Below are positions 8,131 to 16,878 of a stretch of 20,000 bases of DNA, one piece after another. Position 1 is the stretch's first letter. Each line of letters opens with the position of its first letter. A model generated the notes under the pieces. That model was not told where the DNA came from. It did no database searches and saw only the letters and a list, made by a program, of their open reading frames with translations. The stretch is from an uncultured virus (IMG/VR IMGVR_UViG_3300029964_000032) (taxonomy: Duplodnaviria; Heunggongvirae; Uroviricota; Caudoviricetes): IMG/VR virus record IMGVR_UViG_3300029964_000032; one strand, given 5' to 3'. The position numbers and the translations under genes were made by a program.

Positions 8131-8512
8131 TGTCTGTCTCTTTCTTTTTTAGTTCTTTGATAAGTGTATCTGCGAAGCGTATAGCTTCACGGCAGCAGCC
8201 TTCGAGAGTCTTATATTCAAAGCCGTTGATTGGCGAGTGGTCAGCTCTTGCCGCATTGCCATCGTCGGTGTAGATGGCAGGGAGCATGGTCTTTGCTATG
8301 TCGTAGCGGCGTTGTTCCCAGTTTACGTTACGGTCAGCTCGCCCCATGTAAGCCCAGTATAAATCAAGGTTCTTGTCATAGCTATTCTTTGAGTCGAGAA
8401 TGAAACCGTTAAACTCTGCGACTACACGACTTCCTGATAGTTTGGCGGTGTGTAATACTAATTTGACAGCATCTTCAATGCTCGTCATTGATTTAATCTC
8501 TATTGTTTCCAT
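8117..8512 (-). CDS. Hypothetical phage protein (WEQRRYxIAK motif)
   Basis: NWEQRRYDIAK...AIRFADTLIKELKK motif common in Bacteroidota phages. Confidence 0.75.
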   Translation of the reverse strand: METIEIKSMTSIEDAVKLVLHTAKLSGSRVVAEFNGFILDSKNSYDKNLDLYWAYMGRADRNVNWEQRRYDIAKTMLPAIYTDDGNAARADHSPINGFEYKTLEGCCREAIRFADTLIKELKKKETDNENN

Positions 8513-8515
8513 AAA

Positions 8516-9382
8516 TTATCTTCTACTTTTTCCGGGTAATGGAATTACGTTGTATGTTTTGAAGCGATCCACAAGTCGGCCGTAGCCGTCATTGCGCTTG
8601 AACCGCTTTTCAAGCTCCTTGTTGTCAAGGTTCGTAGTCAGGTGGGCGAACTTACCGAACTGCGTCCAAATCTCGTTGCGAGCGTGAAGGAACTCATCAG
8701 TGAGCAACCCGGTGTCCATGCCGAAGAACGTGCGGTCCTGTATGCCGATGTCGTTGAGGCACACATTTTCGGGTTTGCACTGGAAGCCCTTGCTTTCCTC
8801 CTCAAAGTAAGTGAAGCGGTCGAGGTTGTTGTGGATGGTGTAGTAGTTGACCATCTGTGTGACCGACACGTTGTGAAAGAAGCGAGGGTTCTTAGTGAGC
8901 CGCAAATACTCGCTGAATATCTGCATGAGGAGCGTTTTGCCAACACCTACACTGCCCTGTATAAGGAGGTTCTTGTGTAGCTTGTAGCCACGTTCGGGGA
9001 ACACTTCTTCAGCCAGAGGGCAGTTATTGAAGTAGAGCAAGAGGAAGCGCAGCACCTGCTTGTTGTCATCGTCAACGATGAACTTGCGGCGTTGAGGAGC
9101 CAGCACAACAGAGTTGGCGATATAGACAAGGAAGCTGGAGTGTGCACTATATACGTTAGGGTCGGCAAGGTTGTACGCCTGTGCTCTCGCCTTTTCGCTC
9201 TCTCGCCGTAGGTTGAGTGCGCATTGGTGCAGGGTGAGCCACGGTGCATCCTTCTCGCGTTCGTTCTTGCGAAGAACGGAAAGGACGGCAGCGTCCCAGT
9301 CTTTGTTGCCGGTAGGCTGACGGCCATACTTGGCAAGTTCTGCGATTAGGCATTGTGGATATTGAGCCATAGTTTCAGACAT
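8516..9382 (-). CDS. DnaC/IstB-like P-loop ATPase (putative helicase loader)
   Basis: Walker A GSVGVGKT, Walker B-like VCLNDIG, HLTTNL sensor, YGRLVDRF and GKSRR end; directly downstream of the initiator gene. Confidence 0.85.
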   Translation of the reverse strand: MSETMAQYPQCLIAELAKYGRQPTGNKDWDAAVLSVLRKNEREKDAPWLTLHQCALNLRRESEKARAQAYNLADPNVYSAHSSFLVYIANSVVLAPQRRKFIVDDDNKQVLRFLLLYFNNCPLAEEVFPERGYKLHKNLLIQGSVGVGKTLLMQIFSEYLRLTKNPRFFHNVSVTQMVNYYTIHNNLDRFTYFEEESKGFQCKPENVCLNDIGIQDRTFFGMDTGLLTDEFLHARNEIWTQFGKFAHLTTNLDNKELEKRFKRNDGYGRLVDRFKTYNVIPLPGKSRR

Positions 9383-9388
9383 TAAAGG

Positions 9389-10000
9389 TTAGACATCTTG
9401 CCCACCGAAGCCGCCATTGAACTCGTATGACGGAGGTGGCAGCTCTTGTGCGTCTTCCGGCTCGGCATGTGAAGTGTACGCCTTGCGCATCCACGAACAG
9501 AAGTGACGTTTGGCATCATTGATATTGTCGTGAGGTTTACCCTCATACTCGCAACGGCAGTGGTTGAGGAAGGAGTCGAGGCGTTTGCCAAGCTCGTCCT
9601 CGCGTATGTGGAACTGCATACATACCGGTTCGTTCCAAGAACGATCGGCACGCATTTCTTCAATCTCCTGTTCCAGCGTGAGCGTGTAGCCGGGCGTGAC
9701 GTTGGGCTTGTCTGAAATGGCAGACGAGACAGCTCTATCCTTAGCAGGGCGACCGCCAAGTTTGCCGAACTTCTTGCCCTTCTTGCCGCCCTCAGAGCGT
9801 GCGTTGTTGGCATCCATCACTGGCTTGATAAGGATGAAGACACCCTTGGCAATGTCGGATAGTCCTTTAGGCTCCTTTCCGTTAAGGGCATACTCCACGA
9901 TAGCCGGGTATATCTCGGCCTGTACCTCGGAGGGCATACACTTGATAGCCTCAAGGAAACTGCGATAGAATATAAAACTGTCTCGTGCCATATAAATCAA
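9389..10000 (-). CDS. DUF6291-domain replication initiator / replisome organiser
   Basis: RDSFIFYRSFLEAI...AIVEYALNGKEP...IKPVMD...GKLGGRP N-terminal domain and a C-terminal DAKRHFCSW domain. The start may be 9991. Confidence 0.8.
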   Translation of the reverse strand: MIYMARDSFIFYRSFLEAIKCMPSEVQAEIYPAIVEYALNGKEPKGLSDIAKGVFILIKPVMDANNARSEGGKKGKKFGKLGGRPAKDRAVSSAISDKPNVTPGYTLTLEQEIEEMRADRSWNEPVCMQFHIREDELGKRLDSFLNHCRCEYEGKPHDNINDAKRHFCSWMRKAYTSHAEPEDAQELPPPSYEFNGGFGGQDV

Positions 10001-10380
10001 ACCTCTTTAATGCGGATGCCATGCACATGCAGCATGAGTTTCCGCTTGATGATATACTCCTTTGTTCTGACTCCCTTTGTGTCTTCCACGACGGTCTGCC
10101 CAGTAGCCTTGTCGGTATAAACGAAATCGGCTACATAAGAGCAGGGGCGTTCGAGAAGAACACGTGTAGGACGATTTTTGAAATCTTTGCCACACTCGCC
10201 GTATTGTGCAGGTATCAACAGGTATGATACCTGCTCCCGAAGGTCGGAGATAAGTCCGGCACGCTGCATCATGCGTAGTTCGCCAGCTCGGTAGTGCTCT
10301 TTCTTGGATGCGTGGGAGCCTACGCGCTTGTTGCCGTACTTATTCCGGCCTTGGAAGGCAAAGGATGAAAACTTAGCCAT
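9997..10380 (-). CDS. DUF1064 family PD-(D/E)XK endonuclease
   Basis: NKYGNK, SKKE, YVADFVY, VVEDTKG and YIIKRKLM motifs. Confidence 0.9.
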   Translation of the reverse strand: MAKFSSFAFQGRNKYGNKRVGSHASKKEHYRAGELRMMQRAGLISDLREQVSYLLIPAQYGECGKDFKNRPTRVLLERPCSYVADFVYTDKATGQTVVEDTKGVRTKEYIIKRKLMLHVHGIRIKEV

Positions 10381-10825
10381 TACTGCTTGTAGTATTAACC
10401 ATGTAGCGGAACAAGTCCATTATTTTAGTTTCGTCAAGCGTGGCAATCTCGTAGTCAACGAATGAGGTTTTCATGTGTTGAACAACCACCGTGTGGGCAT
10501 TGTTGATGTCGGAAGCCTTTACAATGAAGTAAACCGCCTGTTTCTTTTCCTTGGATGTTTTCTCGTCATAGGTTACGAACATCAACTTTGCCTTGAACCA
10601 CTTGTCGGCAGAGTCAGCACCATTCTCGACAATCTCTGAGTAGTTGGTGCGCTTGATAGTGACCACATCGAAGTCGCCCGAAATGTACGGCTCCATTTCC
10701 TTCGTGATGCGTCCCTCTGCTTCGGCAAACGAGCAAGCATCGACAAGGTACAACTCTGTGACTTTCTTAGACATTCCATTCGCCATAGTCCGCTCGTAAC
10801 GGACACCACATTCATATAGCATCAT
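10373..10825 (-). CDS. DUF4494 family protein
   Basis: KKVTELYLVDACSFAEAEGRI, DKWFKAKL, DEKTSKEKK and ETKIMDLF motifs. Confidence 0.85.
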   Translation of the reverse strand: MMLYECGVRYERTMANGMSKKVTELYLVDACSFAEAEGRITKEMEPYISGDFDVVTIKRTNYSEIVENGADSADKWFKAKLMFVTYDEKTSKEKKQAVYFIVKASDINNAHTVVVQHMKTSFVDYEIATLDETKIMDLFRYMVNTTSSNG

Positions 10826-11115
10826 AGTGTGGCCTCCTTTCCTTCGTTGATCGCCTTTACCAGTTCCTTGCTTGCACGGAGCTTGACAGACGTGTGGGCC
10901 GGGATAACCAGAGGCTTGCCGGACTTGAAGTTGCGTGCTGTGCGCTCGGCTACCTCAACCGGGGTGAAGGTGCCGAAGCCACGGATAACAACCACTTCAC
11001 CCTTGGCGAGTGCTTCCTTGATAACTCTGAGTGTGCCGTCGATGGCTTTCACTGTTGTTGAGAGGTGCAGTTTCTCTGATACTGATACCTCACGTGCCAA
11101 TTCATTCTTTGTCAT
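10822..11115 (-). CDS. hup: HU family DNA-binding protein
   Basis: MTKNELAREV...GEVVVIRGFGTF...ERTARNFKSG...IPA; start moved to the ATG at 11115. Confidence 0.9.
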   Translation of the reverse strand: MTKNELAREVSVSEKLHLSTTVKAIDGTLRVIKEALAKGEVVVIRGFGTFTPVEVAERTARNFKSGKPLVIPAHTSVKLRASKELVKAINEGKEATL

Positions 11116-11132
11116 GATAGATAAAATTGAGT

Positions 11133-11348
11133 TTATAATGTTTTTGCTATATTGTTTTCGCCTGTCATAGGTATGCGCAGGTCGAGAACGTCTTTGTCTG
11201 TTGCGAGTCGCCACCGGCACTCTGTCAATTCATTCTTCTGTTCGTCGATGAATTTTTCGCTTACCTCCACCTTCAGCGCATGGATGAATGGGAAGATCTT
11301 GATGATGGCGTAACGCCCGGTTAGATTTTGGCTTATAACCTGTCTCAT
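11133..11348 (-). CDS. Hypothetical protein
   Basis: 71 aa; 4-bp overlap with the upstream gene. Confidence 0.6.
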   Translation of the reverse strand: MRQVISQNLTGRYAIIKIFPFIHALKVEVSEKFIDEQKNELTECRWRLATDKDVLDLRIPMTGENNIAKTL

Positions 11349-11497
11349 TTTATTTTCTTTTTTAATTTTTGGGTGAGTTGTCTAATACACCATGCACGGC
11401 ATGAATTGCGCAGACCGTGCTGTTTATCGTAGAGAGCGGCCGCATCATCGAGATACTTGATAATGCGCTGCAGGTCGGTCTTACATAGGTCAGCCAT
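11345..11497 (-). CDS. Small helical hypothetical protein (50 aa)
   Basis: MADLCKTDLQRIIKYLDDAAALY...; start overlaps the end of the helicase gene. Confidence 0.65.
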   Translation of the reverse strand: MADLCKTDLQRIIKYLDDAAALYDKQHGLRNSCRAWCIRQLTQKLKKKIK

Positions 11498-12959
11498 CGT
11501 CGTCCGGATTAAGGAAGAGTGACGTAAGCTGGTCGAAGTACATTTCATCCTGTGGAATGTCGTCGTCGGTAGCCATTATCTGGTTGGCGATGGACTTCTT
11601 CTTGTGGATGATGGCATAGAGGGTGCGGTCGATGGTTCCACGGCCAAGGAGGTAGTAACACGTCACGTTGTCCTTTTGTCCTATACGGTGTGCGCGGTCT
11701 TCGCATTGACAGCAGTCGGCATAAGTCCATGGGAACTCAACGAAAGCCACGTTTGACGATGCCGTGAGTGTTAGACCCACACCAGCTGCCTTTATGGAGC
11801 AGACAATTAGCTGTGCTTTCCCGGACTGGAACGCATCGACGGCAGCTTGTTTCATCATCATGGAGTCGCGCCCGGTAACAGATACAGCCTTTGGAAACGC
11901 CTTTTTTATCTCGTCCACAATCTCATGCAGAGAGCAGAAGAGAATGAGTGGCTTTCCGTTGGCGAGGAATGTGCGCGTGAAGTCGATGGCTTGTTTCACC
12001 TTGCCTTTGGCAGAGAGCGAGCGCAGCGTCATGAACTTAACAAGAGCCTCCATGCGCATCTTGCGTCGTATGTCGATGTCGTCGCACTCGGTATATGTGC
12101 GCAGGTATTCTGCAAGGTCGGCTTCTGCAAGCATATACTCGTCGCGGTTGCTGATGTCAACGATAAGGTCGGTGCGCGTCTTGTCTGGTAGTTGGGTGAG
12201 TACTTTGGCCTTTTCGCGACGGATCATGCAGCGTGCATAGAGTTCTGCAGAGAGCCGGTCGAGGTTGCGCGGTGCGTCGTCTTCGTCTTTACCTCGTCTC
12301 TCCTTGCTTATCTCGCCACCGCCATACTCGGCAAGGAACTTGGCGCGTCCGCCAAACTCAGACAAGCGTCCCATTATGGAGAGCTGCGCTATGAGATCGG
12401 CAGGACGATTGACAACTGGCGTACCAGACAGCAATATGCGATACTCCTTGCCCTCAGCAATGCCACGCGCGAAGATGGTCTGCTGTGCTGATGGGTCTTT
12501 CACGCGGTGGCTCTCGTCAATTATGATAGAACGAAACAGTTTGATGTCGGGCGTAAAAACCACATCTTTCAGCCGGAACCCACCACGTGAGCCTCCCTTG
12601 ATGTCCCACACGAAGTATTTGCGCAGAGACTCGTAGTTGACGACCGCCACCTGCTGCATGCCCATCCGGAGAAGATAAGGCCATGTGGTAAGCACGGAAT
12701 TGTCGAGCACAAGGGCTTTCTTGTTGGTGAATTTCTCGAACTCGCGCTGCCAGTTGATTTTGAGCGAGGACGGACAGACCACAAGGCAAGGGTAAGCATT
12801 GGCACAGTCAACGACACCGATGCTTTGCAGCGTCTTTCCCAAGCCCGGCTCATCGCCGATTAAAAATCGGTGCCAGCGCAGCCCGGCAAGTATGCCCTCC
12901 TTCTGATAGTCGTAAGGCTCGACGCGAAGGTTATGTTTCAGAGTTTCAGCCATACGCAT
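11490..12959 (-). CDS. SNF2-family (SMARCAL1-like) DEAH helicase/translocase
   Basis: PYDYQ, DEPGLGKT, VVCPSSLKINW, IIDESH, LSGTP, AAGVGLTLT and QCEDRAHRIGQ motifs. Confidence 0.95.
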   Translation of the reverse strand: MRMAETLKHNLRVEPYDYQKEGILAGLRWHRFLIGDEPGLGKTLQSIGVVDCANAYPCLVVCPSSLKINWQREFEKFTNKKALVLDNSVLTTWPYLLRMGMQQVAVVNYESLRKYFVWDIKGGSRGGFRLKDVVFTPDIKLFRSIIIDESHRVKDPSAQQTIFARGIAEGKEYRILLSGTPVVNRPADLIAQLSIMGRLSEFGGRAKFLAEYGGGEISKERRGKDEDDAPRNLDRLSAELYARCMIRREKAKVLTQLPDKTRTDLIVDISNRDEYMLAEADLAEYLRTYTECDDIDIRRKMRMEALVKFMTLRSLSAKGKVKQAIDFTRTFLANGKPLILFCSLHEIVDEIKKAFPKAVSVTGRDSMMMKQAAVDAFQSGKAQLIVCSIKAAGVGLTLTASSNVAFVEFPWTYADCCQCEDRAHRIGQKDNVTCYYLLGRGTIDRTLYAIIHKKKSIANQIMATDDDIPQDEMYFDQLTSLFLNPDDDG

Positions 12960-13206
12960 TGATTGTGTGTTTTGATATCGTTATGTCGTAGCCATGTATG
13001 TATGCTTGCTTGCGCAAATCGGCGCATGAGAGCATGCAATGGCGAGCTTCCTTTGAGCGAGCGGCCATGCCTGAAGAAGAACGTACCCCCCCAACCATGC
13101 CACCGCATGTATATCCGTAAGAGCCAGAGAACACAGCGAACGGACACATACGTCTGAGGCGTTTGAGCAGCTGGATTTGTGCTGTCTGTGATAATTTCTT
13201 TTTCAT
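12946..13206 (-). CDS. Hypothetical protein (86 aa)
   Basis: Start moved to MKKKLSQ at 13206, just after the nuclease stop. Confidence 0.6.
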   Translation of the reverse strand: MKKKLSQTAQIQLLKRLRRMCPFAVFSGSYGYTCGGMVGGVRSSSGMAARSKEARHCMLSCADLRKQAYIHGYDITISKHTINAYG

Positions 13207-13216
13207 ACTTTGTCTG

Positions 13217-13885
13217 TTACATAAGGTTGAAAGCCCAATATTGGAAGGCAAGTTCTTCGTACTTCTCGCGTCCGCGATTGTAGATGTCGTCGCCACGGTT
13301 GATGAACTTCTTGAAAATGTTGCAGTTCTTTTTGCTGATTGCGTAGATGAAGTCGCGGTCGGAATGGGCGATGTCCATGTACCATGCCCTGCTACGGTCC
13401 CAATCGAAGAAATCTACAGCATTGTCGAACTCCGCTTGTGTTGAGGCGAATGTCGTTTTCAGATCGCCGCCGAAGTTGGCCATTGGCAACCACCAGTCCC
13501 ATTTGCAGCGTGTGTCCAGATGGAAGGTAAATCCCCCATTGCTGAACTCCTGCTGCTTGTTGACCATGAAGCGTTGTGTATCGGCATGTTCGAGCACCTT
13601 AGCGAGAAATGGGTCTCGTCGTGCTTCTGCACGCAGTGCACGCTGCATTTCGCGAGCGTGGAGGAACTCCTCCTCTGAACATTGTTCGCCGTCGATGGTC
13701 ATGTGCAGGAAGTCAACACGCGAGGGTTCGGTGATGATGGCATCGACGATAGACCCGAAGCGGAAAGCAGCCTCCTTGTCACCGAACTGCATGTGAGGGT
13801 GCAGCAGGTTCTTCAGTTCGGTGAGGTCAGAATTGCTGACCTCACTTCTCTGATAGTATTCGTCCGGGTTGTTAATCTTCGTCAT
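13217..13885 (-). CDS. RecE/exonuclease VIII-like PD-(D/E)XK nuclease
   Basis: YYQRSEVSNSDL, FRFGSIVDAIITEP, RCKWD, GGDLKTT and RSRAWY motifs; in the RecT module. Start moved to 13885. Confidence 0.8.
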   Translation of the reverse strand: MTKINNPDEYYQRSEVSNSDLTELKNLLHPHMQFGDKEAAFRFGSIVDAIITEPSRVDFLHMTIDGEQCSEEEFLHAREMQRALRAEARRDPFLAKVLEHADTQRFMVNKQQEFSNGGFTFHLDTRCKWDWWLPMANFGGDLKTTFASTQAEFDNAVDFFDWDRSRAWYMDIAHSDRDFIYAISKKNCNIFKKFINRGDDIYNRGREKYEELAFQYWAFNLM

Positions 13886-14183
13886 AATCGTCGTAATCAG
13901 GTTCATATTCAACTTCGCCCTCACCGTCGCACACCTCGCAGGTTTCCTTTTTGCCCTTGATACAGTACTTGTGCTGGGCAAATAGCCTCTTCTTCCGTTT
14001 CGGGAAGCATATTCCATGTTTCTTCGGAACATTCTGTTTCGTAGTCTGCCTCAAAGTCGTAGGCGTACCAATGATAGCCCTTGCCGCCACATGCAGCACA
14101 TTCACCATCGTAGGCTCTCGTTCATTCCAAGGTGCGCGTGGGTCAGACTCCGCACCGGCAGGATAATAACCACTCTCGTACAT
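13872..14183 (-). CDS. Acidic CxxCxGxG zinc-finger protein with two compensating frameshifts (possible pseudogene or sequence errors)
   Basis: The C-terminal CEVCDGEG is in frame; the partner CAACGGKG and an acidic stretch lie in an alternative frame over 14100..13981. Confidence 0.7.
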   Translation of the reverse strand: MYESGYYPAGAESDPRAPWNEREPTMVNVLHVAARAIIGTPTTLRQTTKQNVPKKHGICFPKRKKRLFAQHKYCIKGKKETCEVCDGEGEVEYEPDYDDYDED

Positions 14184-14189
14184 AACTGT

Positions 14190-15410
14190 TTATTTAGCTT
14201 TTACTTCCTCATCATAGGAAACTGATGTTGAACTGATAAACTCCGGGTGGTCCTTGTCGTTAGCCACCTTCTCGCAGAACGTGATCTGCTTCTTGAATAT
14301 CTTGGCGAGGTCTTCGACCGACATAAACTGTCCCTCCTTGGACCACCACATAGATACGGCAGCGAGAACGCCCTGTGCGTCGTGGAAGTGAATACGCTTC
14401 TTGACAGAGGTCTTCGGTTGGTAGCCAGCCGGAGAAACAACCGCTTGCTGACCGAATAGGTTGCCAATCTCGGAAGCCTCGGCTTGCATCTTCTTCTTGG
14501 CTGCTTCCTCTTCCTCCTTGCGCTTGCGCTCAGCCTCGATACGTGCGGCTTCGGCTTGCTCACGTGCTTTCAGATCAGCAGCCATGCGTGCCTTCTCTTC
14601 CTCGTTAGCCTTCTGCATACGTTGCAGCTCTGCTTTCTTTGATGGCAACATGTCGATGATGGAGTCACGGTATTCGGCTACCTCGAACTGAAACTGCTCA
14701 CGGAACTGTTGCATGAGCTTGGAAAGGATGGAAGAACGAATGCCCGGCAGCTGGTCTCTCATGTCGGCAATTTCAGCCGGGATAAAGACAGTGGAGGTCA
14801 GTGTGTTTCCATATTCAGCCGGAAGAGTGACAGGATATTCACGGATAGTCTTGCACTGTGCTTCGTAGTTTTCGAGGTTCAGACCGCTGTTGAGCTTTGT
14901 CAGCTCGTTTGTGGCATTGGTCGTATATACATTGAACTGACGCTTGAAGTCGTCCTCCACGTCCTGCTTGTAGCGGCTGAGAGCCTGTTCGCGCTGCTGA
15001 CGGATAATCTCTTCACGGCGGCGGCGTTCTTCCTCTTCACGCTTTCGTGCTGCATAGGCATTGCGCTCCTGCTGGATTTGATAAGGGATAGAGCCGGTCT
15101 TGTTAGGATCGACAGAATTTTCCATGCCAGTGAACTCGGAACGTATCTGGTCGAATATCTTGGTGATGGCTGAACGGTTGGTGTTCATCTTCTTCACCGT
15201 GTTGCGAGCCTTGTTGATGTAGTTGGCGCACTGCATATCCAGTTCATCGTTCATGCCGTTGGCCTTGATTTGTGCAAGGAGTTTCTGGCCATACTCGCTG
15301 CAACGCTTGGACGAGGTTGTGTTGTCCTTGTATATCTGTGGCGCGGATTGCGCTATCATCTGTACGTTCTCTTTGCGTACGATGGTGAGGTCTGTTGTCT
15401 GTTCGCTCAT
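14190..15410 (-). CDS. Long coiled-coil protein of the recombination module
   Basis: 406 aa from MSEQTTDL; E/R/K/Q-rich helical tracts; lies between RecT and the nuclease. Confidence 0.75.
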   Translation of the reverse strand: MSEQTTDLTIVRKENVQMIAQSAPQIYKDNTTSSKRCSEYGQKLLAQIKANGMNDELDMQCANYINKARNTVKKMNTNRSAITKIFDQIRSEFTGMENSVDPNKTGSIPYQIQQERNAYAARKREEEERRRREEIIRQQREQALSRYKQDVEDDFKRQFNVYTTNATNELTKLNSGLNLENYEAQCKTIREYPVTLPAEYGNTLTSTVFIPAEIADMRDQLPGIRSSILSKLMQQFREQFQFEVAEYRDSIIDMLPSKKAELQRMQKANEEEKARMAADLKAREQAEAARIEAERKRKEEEEAAKKKMQAEASEIGNLFGQQAVVSPAGYQPKTSVKKRIHFHDAQGVLAAVSMWWSKEGQFMSVEDLAKIFKKQITFCEKVANDKDHPEFISSTSVSYDEEVKAK

Positions 15411-15429
15411 TGTTGTAAGTATTATAGGG

Positions 15430-16422
15430 TTAGAATGTATCATCGTCGTTGGCGGCAGGGTCAACGGTTACTCCTGCAGACGTGTCGGTCTGAGGTGTGA
15501 AGTCCTGCTTCTCTTGGATAATCTCGCCAGTGGTGGTGTCAACCTTCTCGCCATCACCGGTAACGCCGTAGATGGCATCAGTGATTTCTGTCTCGTCAAC
15601 CTGCTGTGACTCCAACTGCGTAGCACGACCGACACGTGCCTTCGGATAGGTCTTGAAGGCGTGCTTAATGCACTTGGCAACGAGGAAGCCGGGGTCAATC
15701 TGTCCGCCTTGTGCTTTGTAGAGTGCATTGGGTTTGCCATTCTCCCACGCCTTGGTCTGATAATTGTACTTGCCGTTCTGACGAGCGGAGTAGTTGGAGA
15801 GGCGTGCCCAGTCTTCTGGCAACATGACAGCATAGTCGGCAGAACCATCGGCGCGTGTGATCTTCATGAAGCAAGCAACGATACGACCGGTGGTGTGGGG
15901 AAGACGGCATGTGTAGTTGACGAATTTTTGTCCGTCGCGTTCGCCATACTCGAAGCTGTCCTCTTCGTACACGATAACCGGGTTGTCGGCGTGGCGTATC
16001 TGGCCGCAGCGTGCACGAAGCACCAGCTCGCCATATCCGGACACGGTGAGCATGCAGTGTGTCTCGTACTTGTTTTTCTTCTGTCCGTTGTCATAGTAGC
16101 TGTCAACGGCGACGGAGCGAGCGAGGAGGTAGGCTTGCGCCTTGGTGCCGGGGTCGAGGGTGAGTCCGGAAATTGCCACGTCGAGGAAAGCTGTGAAGAG
16201 CGAGAACTTTGTGCACGTCTTGCGCATGTCCTCTTTCTCAGAAAGCAGACGGTTGAAGTTGCGTGACTCGCGCTCGTAGGCTGCTTCGCCTGATGTTCCA
16301 GTGGATGGTGTCCACATTGCCTCGTAAATCTGGATGAACTTGTCGCGTACATTGTCATTGCGAACAATCCCTGTAGGTTCCATTGCGTTGATTTGATCAA
16401 CTGTAAGTTCTATTTTACTCAT
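15430..16422 (-). CDS. recT: RecT family ssDNA-annealing recombinase
   Basis: SLFTAFLDVAISGLTLDP...AYLL, SGYGELVLRARCGQI...VYEEDSF and AKCIKHAFK motifs with an acidic tail. Start moved to 16422. Confidence 0.85.
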   Translation of the reverse strand: MSKIELTVDQINAMEPTGIVRNDNVRDKFIQIYEAMWTPSTGTSGEAAYERESRNFNRLLSEKEDMRKTCTKFSLFTAFLDVAISGLTLDPGTKAQAYLLARSVAVDSYYDNGQKKNKYETHCMLTVSGYGELVLRARCGQIRHADNPVIVYEEDSFEYGERDGQKFVNYTCRLPHTTGRIVACFMKITRADGSADYAVMLPEDWARLSNYSARQNGKYNYQTKAWENGKPNALYKAQGGQIDPGFLVAKCIKHAFKTYPKARVGRATQLESQQVDETEITDAIYGVTGDGEKVDTTTGEIIQEKQDFTPQTDTSAGVTVDPAANDDDTF

Positions 16423-16465
16423 AGTGTTAAAAATTAAAAGATGAATATTATTTGTTTGTCTGTGA

Positions 16466-16597
16466 GCCGCAGGTGGGAGTCGAACCGCACTAATGCACTC
16501 CGTGAGCATATTTGAGCCTTGTACTTCGGCTGTAACATGCCTTCTGTGGTTCCCGTTGCGCCGGGTGCCCTTTCCGATTAAGCATTCTATCTGCGGC
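16466..16597 (-). ncRNA. tRNA-like structured RNA element (not a canonical tRNA)
   Basis: Closing stem GCCGCAG/CTGCGGC, T-arm GTG(C)GG-TTCGACT-CCCAC, D-loop-like TGCTT-AATCGGAAA-GGGCA and extra internal hairpins; lies between two genes. Confidence 0.55.
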
Positions 16598-16605
16598 AGT
16601 TGAGG

Positions 16606-16878
16606 CTACTTGTCAAGGTAGTCTTGTTGTATCCTCTGCAAGAGCCGCAGGTCGGCTGTACGGTATTCGACTTTGCCCGGACGCTTGTAGGCAAGGACTT
16701 TGCCCTGCTTGCGCCACCGCTCCACATTGCCACGACCGAACATCTGAAAAGCTTTGTTCTGGCTGATGAACTCGGGGTCGTTGGCATCCTGCTTAATCAT
16801 GTGGACCACCTTTGCGGCCACATCATTGAGGAAGGTGGAGTAGCGTACGTACTTGTCGGGGAAGTTGAGGAAGTCCAT
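16606..16878 (-). CDS. Excisionase-like / MerR-type HTH DNA-binding protein
   Basis: FISQNKAFQMFGRGNVERWRKQGKV...GKVEYRTADL fits a winged HTH of Xis type. Confidence 0.6.
   Translation of the reverse strand: MDFLNFPDKYVRYSTFLNDVAAKVVHMIKQDANDPEFISQNKAFQMFGRGNVERWRKQGKVLAYKRPGKVEYRTADLRLLQRIQQDYLDK

Noticed and set aside
10822..16509. N-terminal extensions of the track ORFs for HU, the nuclease, the coiled-coil protein and RecT
   Set aside because: The extensions overlap upstream genes or RNA structure; internal ATGs with AT-rich leaders fit the family N-termini better.
16466..16597. Canonical tRNA gene or tRNA-derived att site
   Set aside because: Too long, with no proper anticodon arm or CCA, and it lies in mid-operon rather than at a prophage edge. 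Kept only as tRNA-like.
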